Positions 20,993 to 29,290 of a DNA stretch of 64,000 nucleotides are shown here, one piece after another. Numbering within the stretch: the first letter of the stretch is position 1; each line of letters opens with the position of its first letter. The notes beneath the pieces were generated by a model. It saw only the letters and a list, made by a program, of their open reading frames with translations. It had not been told where the DNA came from and did no database searches. The DNA is from Candidatus Rariloculaceae bacterium (GTDB lineage: Bacteria > Pseudomonadota > Gammaproteobacteria > Steroidobacterales > Rariloculaceae). Position numbers and translations under genes: made by a program. The stretch is from positions 1,099,656 through 1,163,655 of the forward strand of contig OZ250159.1 in assembly GCA_965237785.1 (NCBI GenBank), written 5' to 3'.

Positions 20993-21603
20993 CCGCCGAC
21001 CTCCACCGTCCGCCAGAGATGGCCCAGATCCTCAAGATAGAGATTGAATTCCACCAACCGGGGTCGAGTCACCAGCGAGTCCGGAGTCGCCATGTCCAAC
21101 GGCGGCCACGCCACGTGCCATTGGCCGTTGCGGTCGAGCAGACGAATTTCCACGTTATCCACGCCGGTCAACAGTTCCGTGCGAACGGGCGGCGTTGCCA
21201 GGGTTCGGTCCATGACCGGCCAATGAAAGCGAACCAACGTGCTGTCGGCCGCCTCCCAGTCGTATGCGACCCGCAGAACGTGGCCTCGTGGTAGCTTGGC
21301 CGGATTGGCCCAACCCCCACGGCTCATTTCCACGGCAAACTGCTGGTTGGGCCCGACGAGAAAGCTCGGCTTCCACGTTTCGCCGGATTCGTCACGGGTT
21401 GCGCGGGGGTGTATCTGCGCCAGGTCCTGGGCGATGATTCGCATGGCGAATTGAATGTCGCGCCAGCGCTCGGTTCTCGCTTCCGCAATGGACTGCTGCC
21501 GGATTACCGTGTTTAACCCGCTCAACGCAATGACACCGATCACCGCCAGGATTGACATGGCAACGAGCAGCTCGATCAGGGTAAATCCGCGGGCGGACTT
21601 CAT
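20989..21603 (-). CDS. gspJ: Type II secretion minor pseudopilin J
   Basis: Prepilin-type N-terminus MKSARG/FTLIELLVAMSIL. Confidence 0.8.
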   Translation of the reverse strand: MKSARGFTLIELLVAMSILAVIGVIALSGLNTVIRQQSIAEARTERWRDIQFAMRIIAQDLAQIHPRATRDESGETWKPSFLVGPNQQFAVEMSRGGWANPAKLPRGHVLRVAYDWEAADSTLVRFHWPVMDRTLATPPVRTELLTGVDNVEIRLLDRNGQWHVAWPPLDMATPDSLVTRPRLVEFNLYLEDLGHLWRTVEVGG

Positions 21604-22037
21604 CGGCCGGAACTCCCGGCGCCGGCAAGCCAGCTGGGGGGTGGCAGCCCAGGTGGAGGAGGGGGCTCCAGCAGGCCCGACACGGTGTGGATGATCCGCT
21701 CGGGACGATCCGCGAGCGCCACCGATACATCGACTCTACGGAGATTTTCAACCGCTGTTTCGGAAACCTCTGCGCGCCGGATCCACGTGCGTTGTGCGTA
21801 GTCCACTTCGTCCCGGGTCTCGCCCGGTTGCGGCCACTGCGGCGCGACGCTGAGTTCGGCGATGCGGTTTGTGGCGATCCAACTGGCAAGTACTTTGTGC
21901 TCGATGTAATCGGCGCCGACGGCGTAGCGATTGAGTTGGACATGTACAGCCATCATCCCCAGGGCAACGATGGCCAGCGCCACAAGGGTTTCCAGAAGCG
22001 TAAACCCGGTGCTCCGGTTACGATCCGTCGAAGCCAC
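21600..22037 (-). CDS. gspI: Type II secretion minor pseudopilin I
   Basis: GTG start. Prepilin leader ...RSTG/FTLLETLVALAIV. Confidence 0.75.
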   Translation of the reverse strand: MASTDRNRSTGFTLLETLVALAIVALGMMAVHVQLNRYAVGADYIEHKVLASWIATNRIAELSVAPQWPQPGETRDEVDYAQRTWIRRAEVSETAVENLRRVDVSVALADRPERIIHTVSGLLEPPPPPGLPPPSWLAGAGSSGR

Positions 22038-22566
22038 GCGTGGTTACCTCCAGTGAACCGTCCAGCATTCCCGTCAATACGTAGCGGCCACCGGTCGGAG
22101 TCCGAAAGAACTCTGCTTCAAAGGGGGTGATCGCGCCGCTGGCGAGGAGTATCACCTGGGGTTCCGGTACTTCCAGCAGTTGCGGACGAAACTCGGATTC
22201 GAGCGCAATCTCGCGGTCGTCCATGAAGAGCGCCAATTCCAGCGGTTCGGAAAGATCGTGCGCGCTCAGGAAGTAGTCTCCGGAGGGGGCAAACCAATTC
22301 AACTGTTGATAGTCGTAGACGAAGAACCGGTAACCGGACTCGGTGAACATGACGCCATAATCCCGGGTTTCCAATACGGCTTCTTCCATCAACACATCGA
22401 TAAGGCTTCTGAGTCTGAGCGTTTCACGTTCAAGCTCCCGGTCGCCGCCGAGCACACCTAGCGACAACATGGCCACACCGGCGAACAAACCGATGATGGC
22501 CACCACGACCAGCAACTCTACAAGTGAAAACCCGGCGGCCCGGGTTCGAGCGGTTGCGGTGCGCAA
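22018..22566 (-). CDS. gspH: Type II secretion minor pseudopilin H
   Basis: Prepilin motif AAG/FSLVELLVVVAIIGL. The long upstream extension of the ORF overlaps gspG and has no ATG. I place the start at the TTG at 22566 (alternative TTG at 22584). The start is uncertain. Confidence 0.7.
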   Translation of the reverse strand: MRTATARTRAAGFSLVELLVVVAIIGLFAGVAMLSLGVLGGDRELERETLRLRSLIDVLMEEAVLETRDYGVMFTESGYRFFVYDYQQLNWFAPSGDYFLSAHDLSEPLELALFMDDREIALESEFRPQLLEVPEPQVILLASGAITPFEAEFFRTPTGGRYVLTGMLDGSLEVTTRGFDGS

Positions 22567-22576
22567 CGGTCGGTAG

Positions 22577-22993
22577 TCAGTCAAGGCCCCAGTTGCCGAT
22601 GTCCGCGTTGATATCTTCACCGCCCTGAGCGCCGTCCGCACCGTAGGACAAAAGATCGAACTCACCCTGCTGGCCTGGATAGGCGTATCGATATGGCTGG
22701 TTCCACGGGTCCGACGGGAGATTGCGCAAGTACGCCTGCCAGTTGGGCGCTGCCGCTTCTCCTGGATTGTTGACCAGTGCCGCCAGTCCCTGGTCCGTTG
22801 TGGGATACCGGAAGTTGTCCAATCGGTAGAGGTTCAGCGCTGTCTCGATGCTACGAATATCCGCCCTCGCGCGATTCACGGCTGCCCGGTCGATGTTGCC
22901 AATCAGGTTGGGCGCAACGATAGCAGCCAGGAGACCGATGATCACCACAACCACCATGATTTCTATCAACGTGAAGCCCTGCTGGAATGACAT
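22577..22993 (-). CDS. gspG: Type II secretion major pseudopilin G
   Basis: MSFQQG/FTLIEIMVVVVIIGLLAAIVAPN...DPWNQPYRY is near-canonical GspG. Start at the ATG at 22993, not the 195-aa ORF. Confidence 0.9.
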   Translation of the reverse strand: MSFQQGFTLIEIMVVVVIIGLLAAIVAPNLIGNIDRAAVNRARADIRSIETALNLYRLDNFRYPTTDQGLAALVNNPGEAAAPNWQAYLRNLPSDPWNQPYRYAYPGQQGEFDLLSYGADGAQGGEDINADIGNWGLD

Positions 22994-23182
22994 ATGGCGC
23001 CTGCGTTCGGTGCGACCCGATCGGTGGTTGTAGTCGTTAGGGTCCGAGTCAGTCCGGCTTTGCCTGATCATCCTCTTCATAGCGGCGAAGATAACACAAT
23101 CCATGCCCGCTTCGACGACGCAGGCTGACAACGCGTCCTGGGCGTATAATCGCGCTCGCATCAACTGGAGGGTATCCGTTCC

Positions 23183-23953
23183 ATGGAATTAGCACAGCTT
23201 GGACCTTGGCCCGGCATTGAGGGTCGCGTGGTACTGGTGACCGGTGCTTCGCGGGGCATCGGGCGCGCGACGGCGCACGCGCTGGGTTTGCAGGGCGCGG
23301 TGGTCATTGGCACGGCCACGACCGAATCCGGCGCTTCTGCAATATCGGCGCGCCTGGCCGCGGCCTCGTTGCAGGGGCGCGGTCTGGTATTGAATGTCGC
23401 CGAGCCCGCCTCGGTGCGAGCACTTTTCGAAACGTTGGCCAGTTCGGGATCGCCACCCTCGATCCTGGTCAACAATGCTGGAATCGCCCGTGACAATCTC
23501 CTCGTCCGTATGAAGCCCGACGAGTGGGACCAGGTACTGTCGACGAACCTCTCGTCACTCTACTGGGTCTGCAAGGGGGCGGTTCGCGGCATGATGAGGG
23601 CGCGCTGGGGACGAATAATCAATATCGCATCCGTGGTCGGTTTGACAGGCAACCCCGGGCAGGCCAACTATGCCGCGGCAAAGGCTGGAATGATCGGTTT
23701 CAGCAAGTCATTGGCCAGGGAAGTGGCCTCGCGGAACATCACCGTCAATGTGGTAGCGCCGGGTTTTATCGAGACCGATATGACCCGGGAGATGAGCGAG
23801 TCCCGGCAGGATGTCCTCAGAGCCCAGATTCCCTCGGGCCGATTGGGCACGCCGGAGGATATCGCGGCAGCGGTGGTCTATCTGGCTTCCGACGCGGCGA
23901 GCTACATGACGGGGGAAACGCTCAACGTCAACGGCGGTCTCTCGATGAACTGA
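23183..23953 (+). CDS. fabG: 3-oxoacyl-ACP reductase
   Basis: VLVTGASRGIGRA, NNAGI, YAAAKAG and the C-terminal GETLNVNGGLSM. It lies immediately upstream of acpP. Confidence 0.9.
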   Translation: MELAQLGPWPGIEGRVVLVTGASRGIGRATAHALGLQGAVVIGTATTESGASAISARLAAASLQGRGLVLNVAEPASVRALFETLASSGSPPSILVNNAGIARDNLLVRMKPDEWDQVLSTNLSSLYWVCKGAVRGMMRARWGRIINIASVVGLTGNPGQANYAAAKAGMIGFSKSLAREVASRNITVNVVAPGFIETDMTREMSESRQDVLRAQIPSGRLGTPEDIAAAVVYLASDAASYMTGETLNVNGGLSMN

Positions 23954-24105
23954 TTCCACGCGCGGTAATTTCTTGAAGTAAAAGCGAAAATACGATTTTC
24001 GGCGGACATTGTAGATTGCCCCGGTTGTTCTCAGTACAATACGCGCCACGCAGGTGCGGCCATTGGCTTGGCTCGCCGGTCAATTAGTTAAGGGGTGCCC
24101 CACGA

Positions 24106-24348
24106 ATGAGTAGTGTCGAAGACCAAGTCAGAGCGATTATCGCTGAACAGCTCGGCGTCAAAGCGGACGAAATCAAGAACGACGCGTCGTTTGTTGACGA
24201 TCTGGGAGCGGATTCGCTGGATACCGTCGAGCTGGTCATGGCTTTAGAGGAAGAATTCGAGACCGAGATTCCCGACGAGGAAGCCGAGAAGATCACCACG
24301 GTCCAACATGCGATCGACTACGTCAACGCGAGCAAGAGTGCCCCGTAG
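24106..24348 (+). CDS. acpP: Acyl carrier protein
   Basis: 80 aa with the [20 protein letters not shown] phosphopantetheine-attachment motif. Confidence 0.95.
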   Translation: MSSVEDQVRAIIAEQLGVKADEIKNDASFVDDLGADSLDTVELVMALEEEFETEIPDEEAEKITTVQHAIDYVNASKSAP

Positions 24349-24462
24349 CCCGCATATCTCTCCATCGTTGTTCGAGAGGACGTCAATACGCCAGGTTGGC
24401 GGGGCGCACGCGCCGAGTGGCGCGGACGTCATAGCTAACCCGAACGTGCCAGGTTTGCCCTG

Positions 24463-25704
24463 ATGTCCAAGCGGCGAGTGGTCGTAACCGGTCTCGGCTT
24501 GATCGCCCCCACGGGCAACAACTGGAAGCGTGGTTGGGAAAACGTACGCGATGGCGTCAGCGGCATCGGTGTGATCGATTCTTTCGATACCACCGGGTTC
24601 GCCACCACCTTCGGCGGCGTCATCAAGGACTTCGATGTGACCGACTACATGTCGGTCAAGGACAGCCGCAAGGCCGATCGGTTCATGCACTACGGCATCG
24701 CGGCCTGCTCCGAGGCGTTCGAGGATGCCGGACTGGAGGTCGACGAATCGCAGGCTCATCGGTTCGGTGTGATCATGGGATCCGGCATCGGCGGGCTCAA
24801 CACCATCGAGCAGAACTATGGGCGATATCAGGCGGGGGGGGCGCGGCGAATTTCGCCGTTCTTCGTTCCCGGCAGCATCGTCAACATGATCTCCGGCCAT
24901 GTTTCCATCAAGTACGGCTTGACCGGCCTTAATCTGGCCCTGGTGACCGCCTGCGCGACCTCAGCTCATTGCATAGGCCTGGCGGGACGGCTCATAGGGA
25001 TCGGAGAAGCGGACGTCATCCTGGCGGGCGGCGCGGAGTACGCAACCACGCCGCTTGGAATCGGTGGATTCTGCGCGGCACGAGCGCTCTCCACACGGAA
25101 TGACGATCCGACCGGTGCCAGCCGACCCTGGGATCGGGATCGGGACGGTTTTGTCCTCAGCGACGGGGCGGGTTGCCTGGTGCTGGAAGACTACGAGCAC
25201 GCCACCCGGCGCGGGGCGCAAATCTACGGTGAACTGATCGGCTCCGCCATGAGCGGCGATGCGCATCACATTACCGCGCCGACTGAGGATGGGGCCGGCG
25301 CGGATCTGTGCATGCGCCTGGCTTTGAAAGATGCGCGCGTCAACCCCGAAGACGTGGACTACGTCAACGCGCATGGGACATCGACTCCCCTGGGCGATCT
25401 GTCGGAAACGCTGGCGATAAAGCGGACCTTCGGAGACTATGCGAAAAAACTGGTGATCAGTTCCACGAAATCCACCACCGGCCATACACTCGGCGCCGCC
25501 GGAGCGATCGAGGCGCTGTTTACCGTAATGGCCATACGGGATGGCGTAGTGCCGCCCACGATAAACCTGGAGAATCCCGATCCGGCGTGCGATCTGGACT
25601 ACACGCCAAACGTCGCCCGTGAACTGGATGTGCAAATCGCGCTGTCAAATTCCTTCGGCTTCGGCGGCACCAACGGCACCGTCGTCTTCAGGAAATTCAG
25701 CTGA
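24463..25704 (+). CDS. fabF: Beta-ketoacyl-ACP synthase II
   Basis: MSKRRVVVTGLG..., active-site ACATSAH, HGTSTPLGD, and the C-terminal SNSFGFGGTNGTVVF. Confidence 0.95.
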   Translation: MSKRRVVVTGLGLIAPTGNNWKRGWENVRDGVSGIGVIDSFDTTGFATTFGGVIKDFDVTDYMSVKDSRKADRFMHYGIAACSEAFEDAGLEVDESQAHRFGVIMGSGIGGLNTIEQNYGRYQAGGARRISPFFVPGSIVNMISGHVSIKYGLTGLNLALVTACATSAHCIGLAGRLIGIGEADVILAGGAEYATTPLGIGGFCAARALSTRNDDPTGASRPWDRDRDGFVLSDGAGCLVLEDYEHATRRGAQIYGELIGSAMSGDAHHITAPTEDGAGADLCMRLALKDARVNPEDVDYVNAHGTSTPLGDLSETLAIKRTFGDYAKKLVISSTKSTTGHTLGAAGAIEALFTVMAIRDGVVPPTINLENPDPACDLDYTPNVARELDVQIALSNSFGFGGTNGTVVFRKFS

Positions 25705-25705
25705 C

Positions 25706-25837
25706 CGAAATTCTGTTCGGATCTGGCCCGAAACGGACGCGAGCTACATCGACCGCACCTCCGGCGAGCGCCTGCACCGCACCGAGTGGCACCGGGCGGT
25801 TTCGTTCCAGCCGGGATTAATCGATATGCACGAGAAT
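25706..25837 (+). pseudogene. ssb (single-stranded DNA-binding protein) fragment, left arm of a palindrome
   Basis: Translation ...ETDASYIDRTSGERLHRTEWHRAVSFQPGLIDMHEN resembles the SSB OB-fold core (...TGER.EKTEWHRVV.F). It starts right after the fabF stop and has no start codon. Confidence 0.5.
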
Positions 25838-25838
25838 C

Positions 25839-26006
25839 ATTTTCAAGCATGCCAAGTAAGCGTGGCTGGAAACTGACCACCCGGTGCCACTCGGTCTTCT
25901 CGACCCGCTCGCCGGTGTTGCGGTCGACGAAGCTCTCGTCGGTGGCGATGGAGAGGTTCGCGATCCTTCCGCCGCTGGCCAGGTGGTTTACGGTTATGTC
26001 TGCACT
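25839..26006 (-). pseudogene. ssb fragment, right arm of the palindrome
   Basis: Translation ...ASGGRIANLSIATDESFVDRNTGERVEKTEWHRVVSFQPRLLGMLEN. It has no start codon and the N-terminal part is degenerate. Confidence 0.55.
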
Positions 26007-26138
26007 TTACCGCCTGAGACCGAATGAGACGACATAAACCGCCAATAATCATACATGTATAGCGATTATCCTTCAGTTTGGCCGACAATGACCGTCGGGA
26101 GATACCCTGGAATTTGATTTCTCGTGTTGACTATTTCG

Positions 26139-26166
26139 TTGACATTCTTTGTGTTTTGGCTATCAT
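26139..26166 (+). promoter_or_regulatory. Sigma70-like promoter of the integrase gene
   Basis: TTGACA (26139-26144), a 16-nt spacer, then TATCAT (26161-26166). The integrase ATG lies only 7 nt after the -10 element, so the transcript may be leaderless. Confidence 0.45.
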
Positions 26167-26173
26167 TTCGGCC

Positions 26174-27421
26174 ATGAATTTGCGCACGAAAAAACGAGTG
26201 GCCAAGGTTCGCCTCACGCTCACCAAACGCTCCGTCGAGTCCCTTGCGCCGTCCGCAGGACCCTGGATCGCCTGGGACGACAAGCTCACGGGCTTCGGCG
26301 TCAGGGTGCAACCCTCGGGCACCAAGTCCTTCCTGATCAACTACCGGGCGAACGGGGGTGGACGGTATTCTCCCAACCGCCGACTGGTCATTGGGCGCTT
26401 CGGGAGACTCACCGCCGCCGAGGCCCGCAGGACGGCCCAGTCGCTGTTGGGCCGGGTGGCGGCGGGAGAAGACCCCGCCGCGGAGCGGGCCGAAGCGAGA
26501 GGCCTCCCCACGCTGGGAGAAGCCTTCGAGGACTACATGGCCGTGAACCCGAACCGCTCGGCGAATACCAACAAGGTCTACCGGCAGAATCTCCGGGTGA
26601 ATCTCTCCGACTGGGTGAACCGGCCACTGAACGCCATTTCCCGCCGGGACGTGGAGGCGCGCTTTCATCGCATCACCGAAAGACACGGATGGGCGGGGGC
26701 GAACCAGACGAATTCAATGCTGCGATCCATCTACCGCCGCCCGTGCGTGGATCACGAGGGACTGAAAAACCCGGTGGAGTTGTGGCTGGCCGCGGGCGGA
26801 AAGTTTCACCCTCACAGGAGACGAAGAATCTCCTCTCCCGCCGAAGTGCTACCCCGGTGGTGCGCGGGGATCGAGGCGGTGCCGATGCCCGAACCGGTCA
26901 GGGACATTCTCTGGATCGGGGTGTACACCGGGATGCGATTGGGCGAGGTGAAGTCGCTCCGATGGGAGCGGGTGGATCTCGAGAAACGGATCCTGCGGGT
27001 GGAGGAGACCAAGACGGGCGAGGTGCTGGAGCTGCCGATCACGGACCAACTGGAGGCGGTGTTCAGTCGGCGCCTCGCCGAAGCCGAAGGTTCAGGCGAA
27101 CCGGTGACCGGCTGGCTGTTTGCTTCTGCCAAGAGCGCCTCGGGGCACCTGGAGGACCTGTTCAAGTTCTATGCGCCGATTGGCCGGGTCGCCGGCACGA
27201 AATTCTGGTTCCACGGGCTGAGGAACAGTTTCATCTCCGTTGCGGAGCGCGAACTCCTGCTGCCGAGATCGCTGGTCAAGCGGCTGGTGAATCATGCGCG
27301 CGGCAGCGACGTCACCGAGGGGTACGCGGCGGACTGGACGGTGGAGCAGTTGCGGGAACCGGCGCAGCGGGTCGCGGACCGGATCGACATCCTTCGCGGG
27401 CTGCCCGAACGTTCCAGATGA
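26174..27421 (+). CDS. int: Tyrosine-type site-specific integrase with DUF4102 arm-binding N-terminal domain
   Basis: The N-terminus LTKRSVESL...WDDKLTGFGVRVQPSGTKSFLINYR is the P4-like/DUF4102 pattern. The catalytic region has GMRLGEV, HGLRNSF and the terminal ...TEGYA tyrosine. Confidence 0.9.
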   Translation: MNLRTKKRVAKVRLTLTKRSVESLAPSAGPWIAWDDKLTGFGVRVQPSGTKSFLINYRANGGGRYSPNRRLVIGRFGRLTAAEARRTAQSLLGRVAAGEDPAAERAEARGLPTLGEAFEDYMAVNPNRSANTNKVYRQNLRVNLSDWVNRPLNAISRRDVEARFHRITERHGWAGANQTNSMLRSIYRRPCVDHEGLKNPVELWLAAGGKFHPHRRRRISSPAEVLPRWCAGIEAVPMPEPVRDILWIGVYTGMRLGEVKSLRWERVDLEKRILRVEETKTGEVLELPITDQLEAVFSRRLAEAEGSGEPVTGWLFASAKSASGHLEDLFKFYAPIGRVAGTKFWFHGLRNSFISVAERELLLPRSLVKRLVNHARGSDVTEGYAADWTVEQLREPAQRVADRIDILRGLPERSR

Positions 27422-27440
27422 CTTGAGCGGATTTCGCGGA

Positions 27441-27689
27441 TCAGACCAGCAGCAACCGCACCAGGATCGCAACGTTCAGCGCCGCCACCAAGCCGAGCAC
27501 CCACTTGATCGCGCCCAACTCGGCTCGCTGCGCGCCCATTTCCGTGCGCAGGGCGGCGATGTCGTCCTTCGTTGCAAGGTCGCCCTGACCGGCCCGAACG
27601 ATCCTTGCAACGGCCTCGGCCTGGGGCTGTTCGAAGCCGGCGGCCTGCAGCTCCTTCGCGGCGCTCAATGTATCGAATGCGGCAGCCAT
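27441..27689 (-). CDS. DUF1640-like small coiled-coil protein with C-terminal TM helix
   Basis: 82 aa. FDTLSAAKELQAAGFEQPQAEAVARIV...DLATKDDIAALRTEM...IKWVLGLVAALNVAILV matches my recollection of DUF1640. Confidence 0.55.
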   Translation of the reverse strand: MAAAFDTLSAAKELQAAGFEQPQAEAVARIVRAGQGDLATKDDIAALRTEMGAQRAELGAIKWVLGLVAALNVAILVRLLLV

Positions 27690-28235
27690 GCGGGAATTAT
27701 ACTCCCAATGCGATGGCGACGGGACGGGGATGTTGAGAGCAAAAAAGAACTGTCCGCCTTATAGCACAAGGGTTGTCCGGTCCCCTCGATCTTTATCTTG
27801 GTGAGAAAACTGGTTGCAGGTCCTGTGGATTTGGTGGGAGAAAGGCACGCGAGTGGTGTGTCGGGCGAACTGGGGGAGTATAGCCGGTGGCGGCCGAGAG
27901 TCGCCGGACGCTCAGACGAGCCGCTGCTGCCGATGCCCGTCCTGGGCGAGATCCAGGTACGCGGCCCGGATCAGCGCCCGAATGAGCTGGGATTGACTCG
28001 GCGGCGGCAAGCCGAACCGGGCGGTCTGGTTCGCCTTGTGCTCGAGAAGCCGGGGTTTCCCAAGATGCTCATGACGGCTGAAGCGCGCAGTCGGAATGCC
28101 TGGTTCCGGAAATTCCCCAACAACGCGGAAACGGTCCGAAAATGCTCGCGCAATTCGGTGCGCACCACGGCGATTCTCCGGAGAACCGCACCATAACCTG
28201 CTGAAATAAATGAACTAAGTTCGAACCAATTTTCG

Positions 28236-28260
28236 AGCGTATATGAAAATGATATACGCT
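28236..28260. repeat. Perfect 9-bp-stem hairpin
   Basis: agcgtatat-gaaaatg-atatacgct, an AT-rich hairpin in a region without convincing genes. Confidence 0.8.
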
Positions 28261-28330
28261 GTCACTGCCAGAGCATTCAGCTTTTCCCAAGGCTCCGGCA
28301 CCCGTTTTTGGCGGGCCGCAGGTGGCTCCA

Positions 28331-28360
28331 GCGTAGCCGAGCGTAGTCAGGCGTAGCCAA
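28331..28360. repeat. Three tandem 10-bp direct repeats
   Basis: gcgtagccga gcgtagtcag gcgtagccaa, with a period of exactly 10 bp. Confidence 0.85.
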
Positions 28361-28635
28361 CGGTATCTTCTGCCCTCTTGGGCACCGGGGTGCGGTCGGT
28401 GTGTAAGTCTTGACGTCCGCCAGGACGTTGACTGAAATGGCGTTTTCGACGAACCGCTGTTGACAGGCTCACGGGGGTATTCTGCAAGGCAAAGCCCAAG
28501 CGGCGCATGAGCGGGATCAGGTCGATGAGGATCTTGGGATTTTGCAGTTCCGCGACCGCATGAATGACAATCCTGGCATGGGCCTGGTGACATCACGGGA
28601 TGGCGATTTCAACGAATCCGCCAAGACGCAAATGG

Positions 28636-29290
28636 GCACAGGAGGTGCCGAATCGCCGAATACGGTCAGCGGGCCATTCGCACAAGGGCAACGGAAACGG
28701 CTCGATCAGCTTAGCATCGGGCGGGGTCGTTGAAGCCGCGGGGTCGATGTTCGCATTCGCAATTACGCGGCAGTCGACAGAAGAGCCGGTGCACAGGGTA
28801 TCGAGGCAATATCAGGGGCGGGGCGCTCGTAGGGTAACGGCTGCGTCGCGATCACGGGAGTTGACGCTGTAGAAGCGGCAGTGGCGTGCGCGGAAATTTG
28901 CGGCAAGGCCGTCGTGGAACAGGCGATTCGCCAGCGACGGTCACCGTGCGGGCATTCGATTGTCGCGGTGTGCATTCCCGGCGCGTGCGGCAGACGGTTG
29001 GTGTCAATCGACGGGTGACGCGGTGACAACAACGCTCAAGTCTCGGGAACCCAACGGGATACCTCGGACAAGGCGTATGCGCAGTTGACGATGCGGCGGC
29101 AAGGTCGATAATCGCTATCACGACCGTCATGAACCAGGCGACGTGCCAGACGGCGGTCCCCGTGCCGGCATTCGGTTATGGTGGTGCGTATTTTCCGGCC
29201 GGGCGAGAGTCTGTTGGCGTCAATCGGCGCGCGACGAATTGTGGACCGCTGCGAAGTTGGCGAATAGGGTAACCGGGCAAATGACAATTT
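28636..29290. repeat. Degenerate long direct repeats (~224-bp period)
   Basis: Two clear units, 28860-29083 and 29084-~29290, each begin with gttgacg. They share a core ccag.cg.cggtc.ccgtgc.ggcattcg...gttgg.gtcaatcg at about 70 percent identity by eye. A weaker third copy of the core lies at ~28664-28690, plus a related gcattcgcaattacgcgg at ~28752. Confidence 0.6.

Noticed and set aside
26060-26080. Possible att core: gattatccttcagt near the integrase promoter compared with gattgtcatacttcagtagcg at 40121-40142 at the other island end. The words cttcagt and agcg..gatt are shared.
   Set aside because: Only 7-mers are shared, in permuted order and with a gap. One shared 7-mer between two ~150-bp windows is expected by chance. 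Not accepted as attL/attR.
26149-27426. 425-aa alternative-frame ORF overlapping the integrase gene.
   Set aside because: It is on the same strand but in the +1 frame of a well-supported integrase. The translation is Arg/Gly-rich nonsense.
27912-28190. Minus-strand frame ending ...RFGLPPPSQSQLIRALIRAAYLDLAQDGHRQQRLV*, reminiscent of the second helix of ribbon-helix-helix or partition-type DNA-binding proteins. A possible Met (MSILG) lies in a neighbouring frame.
   Set aside because: There is no start codon in frame, no recognisable beta-strand/helix-A part, and the match is only to a loose pattern. It is probably another eroded gene, but I cannot support a call.
28069-28596. 175-aa ORF, plus neighbouring protein-like minus-strand stretches (..IVIHAVAELQNPKILIDLIPLMRRLGFAL.., ..LIEPFPLPLCEWPADRIRRFG..).
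   Set aside because: The frames are interrupted, lack starts and match no family I recognise. The region is treated as decayed or non-coding.
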